DNA of 62,921 nt, filler included, from an uncultured bacterium (lineage in GTDB: Bacteria; DYJV01), in assembly GCA_964543655.1 (NCBI GenBank). It is 5 parts of 5 records of this genome, joined end to end, with 100 filler letters (N's around TTAATTAATTAA, not from the genome) between each part and the next. Parts side by side here need not be neighbours in the genome. Positions count along the whole stretch, not along the records: positions 22,781 to 48,604 come from CAZIZE010000012.1; positions 48,705 to 54,045 come from CAZIZE010000022.1; 3 more parts are not named here. One strand, given 5' to 3'. This document shows positions 41,102-52,652 of this stretch, piece after piece (positions within the stretch are counted from its first letter, which is position 1; each line of letters opens with the position of its first letter). The translations under genes were made by a program, and so were the position numbers. The notes beneath the pieces were generated by a model that was not told the origin of the DNA, searched no databases, and saw nothing but the letters and a program-made list of their open reading frames with translations.

Positions 41102-42094
41102 ATGAAAGAAGCAATTTTTTATACCATTGAAAAAAATGTTGCAAAGTGTAGATTATGTAATCATTTTTGCTCTGTATCTCCCAATAAAAGAGGTATTTGC
41201 AATGTAAGAGCCAATATTAACAACAAACTGTATTCACTTGTTTATAATAAAATTATTGCAAAAAATATAGACCCTGTTGAAAAGAAGCCTTTATATCACT
41301 TTTTGCCTTGCTCATATACTTATTCCATTTCCACAGTTGGCTGCAATTTTAAATGCCTGAATTGCCAAAATTATGAAATTTCACAGTGCAAAGATATTAT
41401 TGGATATGAAATTTCACCTGAAACTATTATAAATGAGGTTATTGAAAACCATTTACCATCAATTTCATTTACATACACAGAGCCAACTGTATATTATGAA
41501 ACTGCAAGGGATATTGGTATATTAGCAAAAGAGCATGGGATTAAAAATATATTTGTTTCCAATGGATATATGAGCAAAGAAGTAATTATTGATATGAAAA
41601 AGTGGGTTGATGCAATCAATGTTGATCTTAAAAGTTTTAATGAAAATTTTTATAAAAAGATATGCAAAGCATCATTAAAACCTGTTCTTGACAATATTAT
41701 TTCTTTAAAAGAGAATGGTATCTGGGTTGAAATAACTACCCTTGTAATTCCAGGTTATAATGACTCAGAAGATGAATTAAAAAAAATAGCAAAATTTATT
41801 AAAAGTGTGGATAGTTACATACCCTGGCATGTTTCTGCTTTTTACCCAACCTATCTTTTAACTGATACATTACCAACTCCACCTGATACTATTAAAAATG
41901 CAAGGCTAATAGGATTAGCAGAAGGATTAAAATATGTTTATACTGGTAACATTAGAGATAGTGTTGGTTGTAACACATATTGCCCAAATTGTAATTCTCT
42001 CCTGATTGAAAGAAAGGGATACTCAGTGAAGCTAATTAATTTAATTAATGGCAAATGCAGAGATTGCAACAGGGACGTGGAAGGAATTTTTTAA
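41102..42094 (+). CDS. amrS: AmmeMemoRadiSam system radical SAM enzyme
   Basis: DPVEKKPLYHF, CNFKCLNC, CPNC near the C-terminus. Confidence 0.9.
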   Translation: MKEAIFYTIEKNVAKCRLCNHFCSVSPNKRGICNVRANINNKLYSLVYNKIIAKNIDPVEKKPLYHFLPCSYTYSISTVGCNFKCLNCQNYEISQCKDIIGYEISPETIINEVIENHLPSISFTYTEPTVYYETARDIGILAKEHGIKNIFVSNGYMSKEVIIDMKKWVDAINVDLKSFNENFYKKICKASLKPVLDNIISLKENGIWVEITTLVIPGYNDSEDELKKIAKFIKSVDSYIPWHVSAFYPTYLLTDTLPTPPDTIKNARLIGLAEGLKYVYTGNIRDSVGCNTYCPNCNSLLIERKGYSVKLINLINGKCRDCNRDVEGIF

Positions 42095-43047
42095 TGGATG
42101 AATTTAAGCTTATTCAATATATAAAAAAAACATTTTCTTCAAAATTCATTGGTGACGACACAGCATTTATAAATAATAGCCAAATCAACCTGATTTCAAA
42201 AGATATTCTTATTGAAGATATTCATTTTGTGATAAAAAATAATTTATTTGAAATTGGTGCAAAATCATTGATTTCCAATTTAAGTGATATTTTAGCAAGT
42301 GGCGGAAAACCTCTATTTTTTTTTCTTGGACTTGGTATTCCTTCATATTTAAATGATTTTCAAATTAAATCACTTTTAGATGGTTTAAAAAAGATAAGCC
42401 AAAAATATAACGTAAAGCTTGCAGGTGGTGACATATCTTCTGCTCCAAAACTATTCATATCCATTACTATAACTGGCTCTACAATAAAAAAGATACCTGT
42501 TAATAGATGTGGCGCAGAATCCGGGGACAATATCTTTGTAACAGGTAATCTTGGAGATTCTGAAATTGGGCTCAGAATTATTTTAAATCAACTTACTATT
42601 TCTTGTGCAAAAGTTAAAGAATATTTTATCAAAAAGCACTACTTTGCAAGGCTTTATCCAGATTTTGTTAAAACTCTATGTTTAAAGAGTAAGATTAATT
42701 CTATGATTGATATTTCTGATGGTTTTTTACAGGATCTATCTCATATTTTAGATTGTAGTAAAAAATCTGCTGAAATTTCAGCCAAAGCTATTCCAAAATC
42801 TGAAAATTTTAAAAAATTAAAAAAGGTTTTAAAAAATGATTATTTAAAAATCCCTCTTTTTTCAGGTGAGGAGTATCAATTAATTTTCACCACTCCTGAA
42901 AGTCTTGAAAAAATAAAAAAAATTTCAAAAAAATTTAAAGTTAAAATTAGTAAAGTAGGTGTAATAACAGAAAAAAGAAATGTGAAAATAAAAATTTTAG
43001 ATATGTTTGAAAAAATGGAAAATTTAGGTTATAGGCATTTTTCTTAA
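42094..43047 (+). CDS. thiL: Thiamine-monophosphate kinase
   Basis: EFKLI, IGDDTA, NLSDI, IDISDG, GEEYQL. Confidence 0.92.
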   Translation: MDEFKLIQYIKKTFSSKFIGDDTAFINNSQINLISKDILIEDIHFVIKNNLFEIGAKSLISNLSDILASGGKPLFFFLGLGIPSYLNDFQIKSLLDGLKKISQKYNVKLAGGDISSAPKLFISITITGSTIKKIPVNRCGAESGDNIFVTGNLGDSEIGLRIILNQLTISCAKVKEYFIKKHYFARLYPDFVKTLCLKSKINSMIDISDGFLQDLSHILDCSKKSAEISAKAIPKSENFKKLKKVLKNDYLKIPLFSGEEYQLIFTTPESLEKIKKISKKFKVKISKVGVITEKRNVKIKILDMFEKMENLGYRHFS

Positions 43048-43075
43048 AAGAATTTTTAGAGAGGTGATTATAAAA

Positions 43076-43672
43076 ATGAGTGATAAAGAATTAAAAGCAA
43101 AAATTTACACTGAGCTTGGAGAAAACTATTTAAAGATAGATAAATTAAAAGAAGCTGAAAACAACTTTAACAATGCTCTAAAAATAGACAATAAAAATAT
43201 CAGGGCATTAACTGGTCTTGGATTTCTATTTTTAAAAAACCAAAATTATAAAAAAGCAATAGAATATTTTAATAAAGCTATTGCTCTTGATGAAAATTAT
43301 TTAAAAGCATTGGAGGGTCTTGCAAAAGCAAAATTTTATAGAGGAGATAAAAAAGAATCATTAAAATATATTGAGCAGGTATTAGATAAAGATATTGAAA
43401 ATGTTGATTTAATTATGATTTTAGAGAAAATAGCAGTAGAAAAAGGTAAATATGACCTTTTAGAAAAATATTTAAAAAAATTTGTTGCAAAACATGAATA
43501 TGATGTTGATATATTATACTCTCTTGCTGGTGTTTTATATTTGCAAGATAAGCTTGAAGAAGCTCTAAATTTTATTGAAAAAATTGAAAAAATTGAAAAA
43601 GAATATTATAAAGCCATTGAGTTGAAAAATATTATTATTGAAAAATTGAAAATTAGTGAAGAATTAAATTAA
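43076..43672 (+). CDS. Tetratricopeptide repeat protein
   Basis: Repeated LG...A...F..A TPR pattern. Confidence 0.85.
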   Translation: MSDKELKAKIYTELGENYLKIDKLKEAENNFNNALKIDNKNIRALTGLGFLFLKNQNYKKAIEYFNKAIALDENYLKALEGLAKAKFYRGDKKESLKYIEQVLDKDIENVDLIMILEKIAVEKGKYDLLEKYLKKFVAKHEYDVDILYSLAGVLYLQDKLEEALNFIEKIEKIEKEYYKAIELKNIIIEKLKISEELN

Positions 43673-43683
43673 TAGGAGGAGTT

Positions 43684-44823
43684 ATGTTTGCTTATAAAAT
43701 CGGTTTTATAGAAGGTGATGGAACAGGTCCTGATATCTGGAAAGCATCAAAACTTGTTTTTGATGAAGCTTTTAAAAAAATTAAAAATTCTAAAATAGAA
43801 TGGATAGAGCTACTTGCTGGTGAAAAAGCTTTTAAAGAGACAGGTAAATATTTACCAGAAGATACTTTAAAAAAAATTGATGAGATTAAAACTATTATTA
43901 AAGGTCCTCTTGCAACACCTGTAGGTGGTGGTATTAGAAGCTTAAATGTTACACTCAGGCAATACTTTGACCTTTATGCGTGTATAAGGCCAGTTAAGTA
44001 TTATAACGGTGTACCAAGTCCCATGAAAAATCCAGAAAAATTGAATGTGGTTATTTTCAGGGAAAATACAGAAGATGTTTATGCTGGTATTGAATGGGAG
44101 GCTAATTCTAATGAAGCCAGAATATTAATAGAATTTCTTAAATCTAAGTTTTCTGTATCAATTCCTGATGACAGTGGCATAGGTATCAAGCCAATTAGCA
44201 AAAGAAAAACAGAGAGAATTGTTAGAAAAGCCATACAATATGCAATTGAGAATAAAAGAAAAAGTGTTACTATTGTGCATAAAGGTAATATTATGAAATA
44301 TACAGAAGGCTCCTTTATGAAATGGGGTTATGAGTTGGCTGAAAAAGAGTTTTCAAAATATATTGCTTATGAAAATAATCAGCAATCAGATAAAATAATA
44401 GTAAAAGATAGAATAGCTGATGCTATGTTTCAACAGCTTTTGCTTAGACCTGATGAGTATGATGTTATTGTTACCCCAAATTTAAATGGAGATTATCTTT
44501 CAGATGCATGTGCTGCTCAGGTTGGTGGGCTTGGCATAGCACCTGGCGCTAATATTGGAGATAAAATTGCGATTTTTGAGGCTACCCATGGTACTGCTCC
44601 AAAATATGCAGGCCTTGACAAGGTTAATCCAGGTTCATTAATCCTCTCTGGAGTTATGATGTTTAAATATCTTGGTGAAAATGAAGTAGCTAATTTAATA
44701 GAAACTGCTTTTCAAAAAGCTATTAATTCTGGCAGAGTTACATATGATCTTGCAAGGCAGGTGCCTGGAACTACTGAGGTAAAGTGTAGTGAATTTGCAG
44801 AGGAAATAGTTAAAAATTTTTGA
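43684..44823 (+). CDS. icd: Isocitrate dehydrogenase
   Basis: [38 protein letters not shown]. Confidence 0.96.
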   Translation: MFAYKIGFIEGDGTGPDIWKASKLVFDEAFKKIKNSKIEWIELLAGEKAFKETGKYLPEDTLKKIDEIKTIIKGPLATPVGGGIRSLNVTLRQYFDLYACIRPVKYYNGVPSPMKNPEKLNVVIFRENTEDVYAGIEWEANSNEARILIEFLKSKFSVSIPDDSGIGIKPISKRKTERIVRKAIQYAIENKRKSVTIVHKGNIMKYTEGSFMKWGYELAEKEFSKYIAYENNQQSDKIIVKDRIADAMFQQLLLRPDEYDVIVTPNLNGDYLSDACAAQVGGLGIAPGANIGDKIAIFEATHGTAPKYAGLDKVNPGSLILSGVMMFKYLGENEVANLIETAFQKAINSGRVTYDLARQVPGTTEVKCSEFAEEIVKNF

Positions 44824-44825
44824 TA

Positions 44826-46076
44826 TTATGAATAGATTCTTTTAACATATTCAATGATCTTTTTTACTCTTAATGGATATGTGTGCTCAGCAAGTACCCT
44901 TTTATAAGCATTTTTAACTATCTTTTCTCTATCATGGGGGGATTTCAAATATTTATCAATTAAGTATGGAATCTCCTCTATATCTTTATAGCATATTGCT
45001 TCTTTACCTATTTCAAATAAATTTTCCATCTGCTGCCTGTAATCTGTAATTAAAAATCTTCTACATGCTGGTACATCAAAAACTCTTTGATTAACAGCAT
45101 TTTTCATTTGCAAACTTGTAGTGTTAAAATTAATTGTAGCAATATTGTAAATATAAGGTAAATCAGAATAGTAATTAACTTCATGATGGTAATTGAATCT
45201 ATCTCTAAAATATTGAAACCAACCTCTGTCTCCAATAATCAGATGGTTAAAATCAATAATCTTTCTAACACATTGATACCTATAAATTCTTGTTGCTTCC
45301 CATGTAATAGTAGTTTCAAAATTGGTCTTGTTTACCTCATCTGCAATAGAGAAGAGTCTGTATATTACAGGAAATTCTTTTTTAATTATCTCCTCAACTA
45401 TACGTTCTTTTGATTTAACATATTGAACAGCTATCTTTTTATAAAATTTTTTTAATTCTTCTGGTAAAAAAGTTTTGTTGTAACTCTTTTTAACTTTCTC
45501 AATCATTGAATTTCCAACAAAAATAACATCTTTTTTCAGTAAAATAAAAGGATTGTCTTCTTCAGAAATATATTTGAACCTGTTAATATCAACACCAAGC
45601 GGCAGATAGAATACATTATTAAAACCAAGAGATTTCATATCATCAATATTATCTCTATCCCATACAAGCAATGTGGTAAAGTCTGATACATTTTTTTTGT
45701 AATGCTTTATTATCAGGTTGGGATTATCAACATACCATGACACAAGGGGCATTTCAATTCTCTCAAAAAGACTCATTAATACCCCTTCTGTGTCAACACC
45801 AAGGTGATTTATTGTAAATGTAAAATCTGGTTTAAATGATGAGATTTTTTCATAAAGTATTTTTATAAAATCCTCAGTTAAATACTCCTTGTTAAAAATA
45901 AAAATCTGCTCAAACTCAATATTAAGCTCTTTCAGGGCATTTATAATCTCACCCATAAGGAAGTATTTAGAGCTTATAAGCAGTATTTTTACCTTATTGT
46001 TTTTAAATTTTTTATACTTTAACCTTTCAAAAAATTTTTTGCTTTTACCTGTAAAAACATTAGATAACAGGTCCAT
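44826..46076 (-). CDS. CgeB-like glycosyltransferase
   Basis: SWYVDNP, YLPLG, NQRVFDV, EHTY. Confidence 0.8.
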   Translation of the reverse strand: MDLLSNVFTGKSKKFFERLKYKKFKNNKVKILLISSKYFLMGEIINALKELNIEFEQIFIFNKEYLTEDFIKILYEKISSFKPDFTFTINHLGVDTEGVLMSLFERIEMPLVSWYVDNPNLIIKHYKKNVSDFTTLLVWDRDNIDDMKSLGFNNVFYLPLGVDINRFKYISEEDNPFILLKKDVIFVGNSMIEKVKKSYNKTFLPEELKKFYKKIAVQYVKSKERIVEEIIKKEFPVIYRLFSIADEVNKTNFETTITWEATRIYRYQCVRKIIDFNHLIIGDRGWFQYFRDRFNYHHEVNYYSDLPYIYNIATINFNTTSLQMKNAVNQRVFDVPACRRFLITDYRQQMENLFEIGKEAICYKDIEEIPYLIDKYLKSPHDREKIVKNAYKRVLAEHTYPLRVKKIIEYVKRIYS

Positions 46077-46078
46077 CT

Positions 46079-46645
46079 TTAAAATTCAAAAGATTCCTTT
46101 TTCTGCAAATCATACATCATAATTGTAACATCGTAAGTATCACCACTTTCTGTCATAAAATAATCTTCAAGATCACATTTTCTGGAAAATCCAAGTTTTC
46201 TAAAAGACTTAATAAGCTTGTAATGCTCTGAAATTATCTCTGCTATTATAAATTTTAATCCAAGTTCTTTTGCTATTTTAATTTGAGATTTTACAAGATA
46301 TGACCCAAGTCCAATTCCTCTAAATTCTTTGTCAAGGAAAATTCTAATTTCAGCCATATGTCTTTTAGACTTTGTCATAAAATGAAGTGTTGTATTACCA
46401 ACTATTTTATCTTCATACTGGGCTATAATTGGCAACACCTTTGAAAAATCTATTTCACTGTACCACCTCTCAACTGTTTCTCTATTTTTTACTTTATCTT
46501 TTAAAAAAATCATATCAGACTCATCTGCCCTCTGAAACAATTCATAAACCATCTCTTTATCTTTATCAATAGTGGGTCTAATAATTACTTTTTTATAATT
46601 ACTGAGAGTAACAAATTCTCTAAATTGTTTAATTCGCTTTTTCAT
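46079..46645 (-). CDS. GNAT N-acetyltransferase
   Basis: FRGIGLGS, FRKLGF. Confidence 0.85.
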   Translation of the reverse strand: MKKRIKQFREFVTLSNYKKVIIRPTIDKDKEMVYELFQRADESDMIFLKDKVKNRETVERWYSEIDFSKVLPIIAQYEDKIVGNTTLHFMTKSKRHMAEIRIFLDKEFRGIGLGSYLVKSQIKIAKELGLKFIIAEIISEHYKLIKSFRKLGFSRKCDLEDYFMTESGDTYDVTIMMYDLQKKESFEF

Positions 46646-46757
46646 TTTGCCCCCCATATAGAAGTTTTCACTATTTTACTACCACTTATTCTAAATATTA
46701 TCAATAAAAAATAAAAAATTATTGATTAAAAGAAAAATTTTATATATTATAGATGCC

Positions 46758-47642
46758 ATGCTTTTAAAATGGCTTGAAACTTTTGTGAAACTTGCAGAAA
46801 ATAAAAATTTTTCTAAAACTGCTGAAGAGCTTTACTTAACACAGCCATCAGTTAGCCACCAGATTTCTCAATTAGAAAAAGAGCTTGATGTTATTTTAAT
46901 AAATAGAAGTTACAAAAAATTCTCCCTCACAAAAGCTGGTGAAATATTATACCATCATTCTCTTAGAATATTAAAAAATGTTGAAAATTTAAAAACTGCT
47001 ATAAATGATTTAAAAGGCTTAAAAGATGGTGAAATTATTATTGGTGCCAGTACTCTTCCTGGAGAATATATTATACCAATGATTATCCACAGCTTTAAAG
47101 AAAAATATCCAAATATCACTATAAATCTCAACATAAAAGATAGTTTCAAATGCCTTAAAGAACTAAAAAATGGTAAAATTGAATTTGCAATTGTTGGCAC
47201 AAAAATTTCAGATAAATCTTTTCAATTTTATGAACTATTCAAAGATGAAATAATTTTTATAAACAACATAAGTGAAAGAGAAATTGAATTGGAGCAGCTA
47301 AAAAATTTACCAATAATTACAAGAGAAGAAGGCTCAGGGACAATTTACACTGTTAGAGAATTTTTACAGAATAAAGGCTTCTTCTATGATTCATTAAATT
47401 TTATTGCAAAATTAGGCAGTCTAAACGCTGTTAAAGAAATGGTAAAAGCAGGGCTTGGATATTCATTTGTTAGCAGAATAGCAGTAAAAGAGGAGTTAAA
47501 AGAGGGTAAGTTATTTGAAATTAAAATAAAAAATGTCACTCCAATTAGTAGAAAATTTTACCTTGTTACATCAAAAAATTTCTCTTTATCACCTGCTGGT
47601 AAAAATTTTATAAAACTTTTGAAAACTAAGATAGGAGTCTAA
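46758..47642 (+). CDS. LysR regulator (CysL/selenium-associated type)
   Basis: FSKTAEELYLTQPSVS, GASTLPGEY, REEGSGT. Confidence 0.9.
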   Translation: MLLKWLETFVKLAENKNFSKTAEELYLTQPSVSHQISQLEKELDVILINRSYKKFSLTKAGEILYHHSLRILKNVENLKTAINDLKGLKDGEIIIGASTLPGEYIIPMIIHSFKEKYPNITINLNIKDSFKCLKELKNGKIEFAIVGTKISDKSFQFYELFKDEIIFINNISEREIELEQLKNLPIITREEGSGTIYTVREFLQNKGFFYDSLNFIAKLGSLNAVKEMVKAGLGYSFVSRIAVKEELKEGKLFEIKIKNVTPISRKFYLVTSKNFSLSPAGKNFIKLLKTKIGV

Positions 47643-48604
47643 TCAAATTCTGATGTAACTCTATTTTTACCATGAGTTTTAGAATGGTACATTAATTTGT
47701 CTGCTCGTTCAATTAATGATTCTATACTTTCATCTTTTTTTAATTCAGCAACACCCATTGATACTGTAATTTGAGGTAGTTTTTCCTTTTTATTTTTAAT
47801 TATCAATCTTTTACTTGCAATTTCCTGCCTTAAATACTCTGCAAGCATTACAACATTTTTATATGGTGTATTGGTTACAAGTATAATTATCTCCTCACCA
47901 CCAAATCTTGCAATAATATCTTTGCCTTTTAAATTCCTTTTAAGAATATTTGCAATAAATTTTAAAACTTCATCACCAATTAGATGTCCATATTTATCAT
48001 TAAATTTTTTAAAATCATCAATATCAACAAAGATAAGTGAGATGTTTTTAATTTCTTCATCTTTTAAAATCTTTTCAATGGCAAGGTCAAAGCCCCTTCT
48101 ATTTAATAACCCTGTAAGAGGGTCTTTTTTAGACTCTTCTCTTAGTTGCTCTAATTCCTCTTTTATTGAATCAAAATCATTGTAAGACTGCAAAATTATC
48201 TCTGTAAAACTTGCTTCCCTTTCTATTAATAGGTCTATCTCTTTTGCCAAAAAATCAAGGAATTTTTCAGTATCAGCAATTTCTGATTTCTCAAATTCTG
48301 CTTTCATATTATTGAGATTCTCTCTTCTCTCTGAGTGAAATGAGCTTTCATCCTTTAAAACTTTTGAAAGATATACTATTTTCTCTTTAATTGTCTTTAA
48401 AATATTAACAGCTTCTTTTGAAAAATCAGGTGTGAAATATTTTTTAAAAAGTTTTAAAATGTACTTTTCTGAAATTGGCCGGTTAGCTTCAATGTAGTAA
48501 TTTAGCTCTTCTATAAGCTTTACTCTTTCTCCTAAAACATATTCATACCATACAGTATAAACTTCAGGAATAGGCCTGTGTGAATATTTGTTCATAAATT
48601 TAAT
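47639..48604 (-). CDS. Diguanylate cyclase; 5' end probably lost at the contig gap
   Basis: DPLTGLLNRR, DIDDFKKFND, RFGGEEI. Confidence 0.9.
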   Translation of the reverse strand: MKFMNKYSHRPIPEVYTVWYEYVLGERVKLIEELNYYIEANRPISEKYILKLFKKYFTPDFSKEAVNILKTIKEKIVYLSKVLKDESSFHSERRENLNNMKAEFEKSEIADTEKFLDFLAKEIDLLIEREASFTEIILQSYNDFDSIKEELEQLREESKKDPLTGLLNRRGFDLAIEKILKDEEIKNISLIFVDIDDFKKFNDKYGHLIGDEVLKFIANILKRNLKGKDIIARFGGEEIIILVTNTPYKNVVMLAEYLRQEIASKRLIIKNKKEKLPQITVSMGVAELKKDESIESLIERADKLMYHSKTHGKNRVTSEFD

Positions 48605-48704
48605 NNNNNNNNNNNNNNNNNNNNNNNNNNNNNNNNNNNNNNNNNNNNTTAATTAATTAANNNNNNNNNNNNNNNNNNNNNNNNNNNNNNNNNNNNNNNN
48701 NNNN
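48605..48704. other. Artificial contig linker
   Basis: N-TTAATTAATTAA-N. Confidence 0.97.
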
Positions 48705-48791
48705 AGAATCTTCCGGCAAATTACCGGACTGACTCACGGCTGCGGGGACAGTGTGGGATTCTCACCCTCTTCCCTAAACCTGCGAGTGAGC
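48705..48791 (-). ncRNA. Cobalamin riboswitch, 5' part, truncated by the gap
   Basis: Minus strand reads AGGGAAGAGGGTGAGAATCCCACACTGTCCCCGCAGCCGTGA, matching the conserved core; GC-rich island in AT-rich DNA. Confidence 0.8.
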
Positions 48792-49095
48792 AAATAATAA
48801 AAAATAAAAAAAAATGCAAGAAAAAATTTTTTATGAGATTTGAAACATGTCAAGAAAATAGTGTATAGGAAATAGATAAAATAATAGCCTTAAATTTCTA
48901 TTAATTATTTGTTAATTCAAAATTTTGAAATTAAATTTTCGAAAACTTTTTAACTATTCTCCATTTGATATACCTCCGCTATACAACAGCAAATATTTGA
49001 ATAAGATAGTAAATATTTGCTCTAATATTAGGAACAGGTTTCTTCCATTTTATATTTTTTAGCTGATTTCTTTTTATATAGCAGTTGATATACCC

Positions 49096-49172
49096 TCAAA
49101 ATGATTGCTTTTGTGGTAAATAAGAATACTTGATAAAAAAATTGTTGTTGGATTTTACATTCGGTATTTATA
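49096..49172 (-). repeat. Degenerate MITE family A copy
   Basis: CCCTCAAAATGA...GGTAAATA...TTGTTGGATTTTACATT matches the internal part of 32099-32217. Confidence 0.7.
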
Positions 49173-49277
49173 ATTCAACTTTAAAATAGATATTATTAAC
49201 AAATTTCGTTTCTTTCTTGCTTTTTATTTTTTTTTTTTATAATAGCAATTTGATTAATTAAATTCAGGGAGTTTTTA

Positions 49278-50492
49278 ATGGCTGCTTTGTTAAAAAGAAT
49301 ATTTGGAAAAAAAGATGATAATATAGAAGATAAAAAAAGTGAACTTGAAAAGGTTAAACTTGAAGTAGCAGAAAAGGAGATAGAAAAAGAGATAAAATTA
49401 CTGCTTAAAGAGCTTGCTAATCAGGTTGAGGATAAAAAAAAAAATGACCTGAATATAATAGAGCTATACAGAGAGCTTGCTAATATCCGTTCAAAAGTAA
49501 CAGTCTCATTACCTGACACATCAAAGCTTGCTAATATAATACATGAAGAAGTTTTAAATCAGAAGAAAAAGGGTAAGGGGATTTTATCAAAAATATCATC
49601 CCTTGCTCAGGGTCTTACAAAAACAAGGAAAAATTTTTTATCAAAGCTTGATAGAATTTTACTTGGTAAAAAAGAGCTTGATGATGATGTTATTGAAGAT
49701 ATCGAAGAGTTGTTAGTTACAAGTGATGTTGGAGTAAAAACTACAATGGAGCTTATAGAACAAGTTGAAGATAATATTAGCAGAGGGAAACTTGATGATA
49801 TTTCTGAAGTTAAAGAATTATTGAAAAGTGAAATGGTAAAAATTTTAGAGAAGAATCATTCTATACTTAAATTTAATAAAAAGCCATTTGTAATTCTTGT
49901 TATAGGCGTCAATGGCACAGGGAAAACTACTACTATAGGTAAACTTGCAAATAAGTTTAAAAATGATGGAAAAAAAGTTTTACTTGCTGCTGCTGACACA
50001 TTTAGAGCAGCAGCTATTGAGCAATTAGAAGTTTGGGCAAAGAGAGCGGGAATTGATATAATCAAACAGAAGCATGGTGCTGACCCATCAGCTGTTGCAT
50101 TTGATGCAATAAGTGCCGCTAAAGCAAGAGATATTGATGTGTTGTTAATTGATACTGCAGGAAGGTTGCATACAAAGGTTAATTTAATGGAAGAGTTGAA
50201 AAAAATGGTTAGAGTTATTAAAAAAGTTGATGAAAGCGCTCCACATGAAGTATTGCTTGTGCTTGATGCAAATACAGGTCAAAATGCAATTAGTCAGGCA
50301 AAATTATTTAATGAAGCAATAAATGTTACAGGTCTTGTTTTAACCAAACTTGATGGCACTGCTAAAGGGGGTATTGTTCTTGCAGTTAGTAATGAATTTA
50401 ATTTGCCTATTAGGTTTATTGGCGTTGGTGAAAAAATAGAGGATTTAAGACCATTTAAACCCAGAGAGTTTATAGACGCAATTTTTAGTTAA
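49278..50492 (+). CDS. ftsY: SRP receptor FtsY
   Basis: GVNGTGKTTT, DTFRAAA, DTAGR, TKLDGTAKGG. Confidence 0.96.
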   Translation: MAALLKRIFGKKDDNIEDKKSELEKVKLEVAEKEIEKEIKLLLKELANQVEDKKKNDLNIIELYRELANIRSKVTVSLPDTSKLANIIHEEVLNQKKKGKGILSKISSLAQGLTKTRKNFLSKLDRILLGKKELDDDVIEDIEELLVTSDVGVKTTMELIEQVEDNISRGKLDDISEVKELLKSEMVKILEKNHSILKFNKKPFVILVIGVNGTGKTTTIGKLANKFKNDGKKVLLAAADTFRAAAIEQLEVWAKRAGIDIIKQKHGADPSAVAFDAISAAKARDIDVLLIDTAGRLHTKVNLMEELKKMVRVIKKVDESAPHEVLLVLDANTGQNAISQAKLFNEAINVTGLVLTKLDGTAKGGIVLAVSNEFNLPIRFIGVGEKIEDLRPFKPREFIDAIFS

Positions 50493-50496
50493 AATA

Positions 50497-50913
50497 ATGA
50501 AAATATTAGGTCTTGATGTAGGAACAAAGTATATAGGAATTGCAGTTAGTGACAGTACCAACCAGCTTGCCATACCTTATGAAGTTTATAAAAGGGATGG
50601 ATTAAAAAAGGATTTAATATATTTTGATAATCTTGTTAAAAAATTAAATATAGAGAAAGTTGTTGTTGGTTATCCACTTTATTTAGATGGAAGTGAAAGT
50701 GAAATGAGCAGGTTTGTTAAAAAATTTTATTATAAAATAAGGCATAGGTGGGAAAATATAAAGGTTGTTTTGTGGGATGAGACATTAACCACAGAGGAAG
50801 CTGAAGAAATTATTTATGAAATGAAAAAAAAGAGTAAAAGAAAAGAAAAGTTAAAGGATAAGATTGCAGCTGCTCTTATTTTAAAAAGTTATCTTGAGAA
50901 TTCAGGAGGTTAA
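50497..50913 (+). CDS. ruvX: YqgF/RuvX nuclease
   Basis: LGLDVG, VVGYP, WDE, DKIAAALIL. Confidence 0.9.
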   Translation: MKILGLDVGTKYIGIAVSDSTNQLAIPYEVYKRDGLKKDLIYFDNLVKKLNIEKVVVGYPLYLDGSESEMSRFVKKFYYKIRHRWENIKVVLWDETLTTEEAEEIIYEMKKKSKRKEKLKDKIAAALILKSYLENSGG

Positions 50914-51903
50914 TTGAAGCGATTTATTTTTAGCTTTTTAATTCTTTTTATAATAAGTTTTTCAGTTGCATATCTTTTTTTCTGGTATTTAAAAGACTAT
51001 CCAGTTACAGGCAAAGATGTAATTTTGACTATTCCTGAAAATTCATCAGCTAAGGCTATCTGCAATATTTTACAGGATAGTGGTGTTGTACCTTCATCAA
51101 AAATTATGTTTTTAATTATAAAAATTACAAAAAATGAAAAAAATCTTAAATCTGGAGAATATAAATTTTTTAGAGGAATGAGCTATTTAAATGTTCTTGA
51201 TTTTTTAATTTCTGGCAAAATTTATTTATTTAGAGTAACTATTCCAGAAGGCTTAAATACTTTTGAAATTGCAGACCTGCTGCAAAAACGAGAAGTTATA
51301 AAATCAGCAAAAGATTTTGTTAATGTTTGTAATAATATTCATGCAATTAAAAACTTTTTAAATAATGGTTTTTCAATGGAAGGATACCTTTTTCCTGATA
51401 CCTACAAGTTTTATAAGCATGAAGATATAAAAAAAGTCATAAAAATAATGAACGAAAATTTTATAAAAAAAGTCCTGCCTGTGTATAAAAAAAGCAAAAC
51501 TTACTTTACACTAAATGAAGTTGTGACTCTTGCTTCTATTATTCAGAAAGAGACGTATAATAAAAAAGAGATGCCAGTAATTGCTTCAGTTTTTATCAAT
51601 AGATTGAAAAGAGGAATGAGATTACAAAGTGACCCTACTATAATATATGGGCTATGGGATGAACTTAAAGGGCCATTAAAGAGAAGTGATTTAAAAATAG
51701 AGAATGAATACAATACGTATCTTAACTATGGATTGCCGCCAACACCAATAAGTAATCCAGGGATTGCTGCAATTAAAGCTGTTTTAAATCCAGCAAAAAC
51801 TGATTATCTATACTTTGTTTCATCAGGAAAAGGTTATCATATTTTTGCAAAAACTTATAAACAACATTTGAGAAATATTAGAAAATATCTAAAAGCAAGA
51901 TAA
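50914..51903 (+). CDS. mltG: Endolytic transglycosylase MltG
   Basis: EGYLFPDTY, ASIIQKE, LQSDPT, GLPPTPI. Confidence 0.94.
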   Translation: MKRFIFSFLILFIISFSVAYLFFWYLKDYPVTGKDVILTIPENSSAKAICNILQDSGVVPSSKIMFLIIKITKNEKNLKSGEYKFFRGMSYLNVLDFLISGKIYLFRVTIPEGLNTFEIADLLQKREVIKSAKDFVNVCNNIHAIKNFLNNGFSMEGYLFPDTYKFYKHEDIKKVIKIMNENFIKKVLPVYKKSKTYFTLNEVVTLASIIQKETYNKKEMPVIASVFINRLKRGMRLQSDPTIIYGLWDELKGPLKRSDLKIENEYNTYLNYGLPPTPISNPGIAAIKAVLNPAKTDYLYFVSSGKGYHIFAKTYKQHLRNIRKYLKAR

Positions 51904-52004
51904 TATTTTAAAATCTTGTTGATTTATTTAAAATTTTTATATATTTATGAAGATGAGCAGCAAAATGGAAAGTAGCTGTAATAACTTTATTACTGGAGTT
52001 TAAA

Positions 52005-52652
52005 ATGTATGATTTGCATACACACACCACATTTAGCGATGGTGAATTAATTCCTTCTGAATTAATCAGACGAGCAGAGGAAAAAGGGTATAAAGGAATT
52101 GCTATTACAGACCATGCAGATTATTCAAATTATAAAATAATAATTGATAATCTTTTAAATCTTAAAAAGGAAATTAATAAACTTTTAAAAATCAAATTTT
52201 TGGTGGGGATAGAAATTACTCATTTATTGCCGGAAAAGATAGACGATCTTGCTCATAAAGCTAAAGAGAGAGGAGCTGAAGTTGTTGTTGTTCATGGAGA
52301 GACTGTAGTTGAGCCAGTTGCTGTAAAGACCAATTTTTATGCCTTACAGTCGAAATACGTAGATATTCTTGCTCATCCAGGACTTATATCAGATATAGAT
52401 ATTAAACTTGCTGCTGATAATGGAAAGGTTTTGGAACTTACAACCAGAAAGGGACATTCTATTACAAATGGACATGTTTTTCATATTGCAAAAAAATTTG
52501 GAGTAAAACTTGTTATTAACAATGATGCACATTCACCAGCTGATCTTTTAAGTAAAGATATGTTAAAAAAAGTTGCTCTTGGTGCTGGTGCAACAGAAGA
52601 TGATTATAAAAGAATGATAAGAGTCTCAGAGGGATTTTTTAAAAATGCTTAA
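52005..52652 (+). CDS. PHP-domain protein
   Basis: [23 protein letters not shown]. Confidence 0.88.
   Translation: MYDLHTHTTFSDGELIPSELIRRAEEKGYKGIAITDHADYSNYKIIIDNLLNLKKEINKLLKIKFLVGIEITHLLPEKIDDLAHKAKERGAEVVVVHGETVVEPVAVKTNFYALQSKYVDILAHPGLISDIDIKLAADNGKVLELTTRKGHSITNGHVFHIAKKFGVKLVINNDAHSPADLLSKDMLKKVALGAGATEDDYKRMIRVSEGFFKNA

Noticed and set aside
47639-48791. B12 riboswitch controlling a diguanylate cyclase
   Set aside because: Separated by an artificial linker; adjacency unsupported
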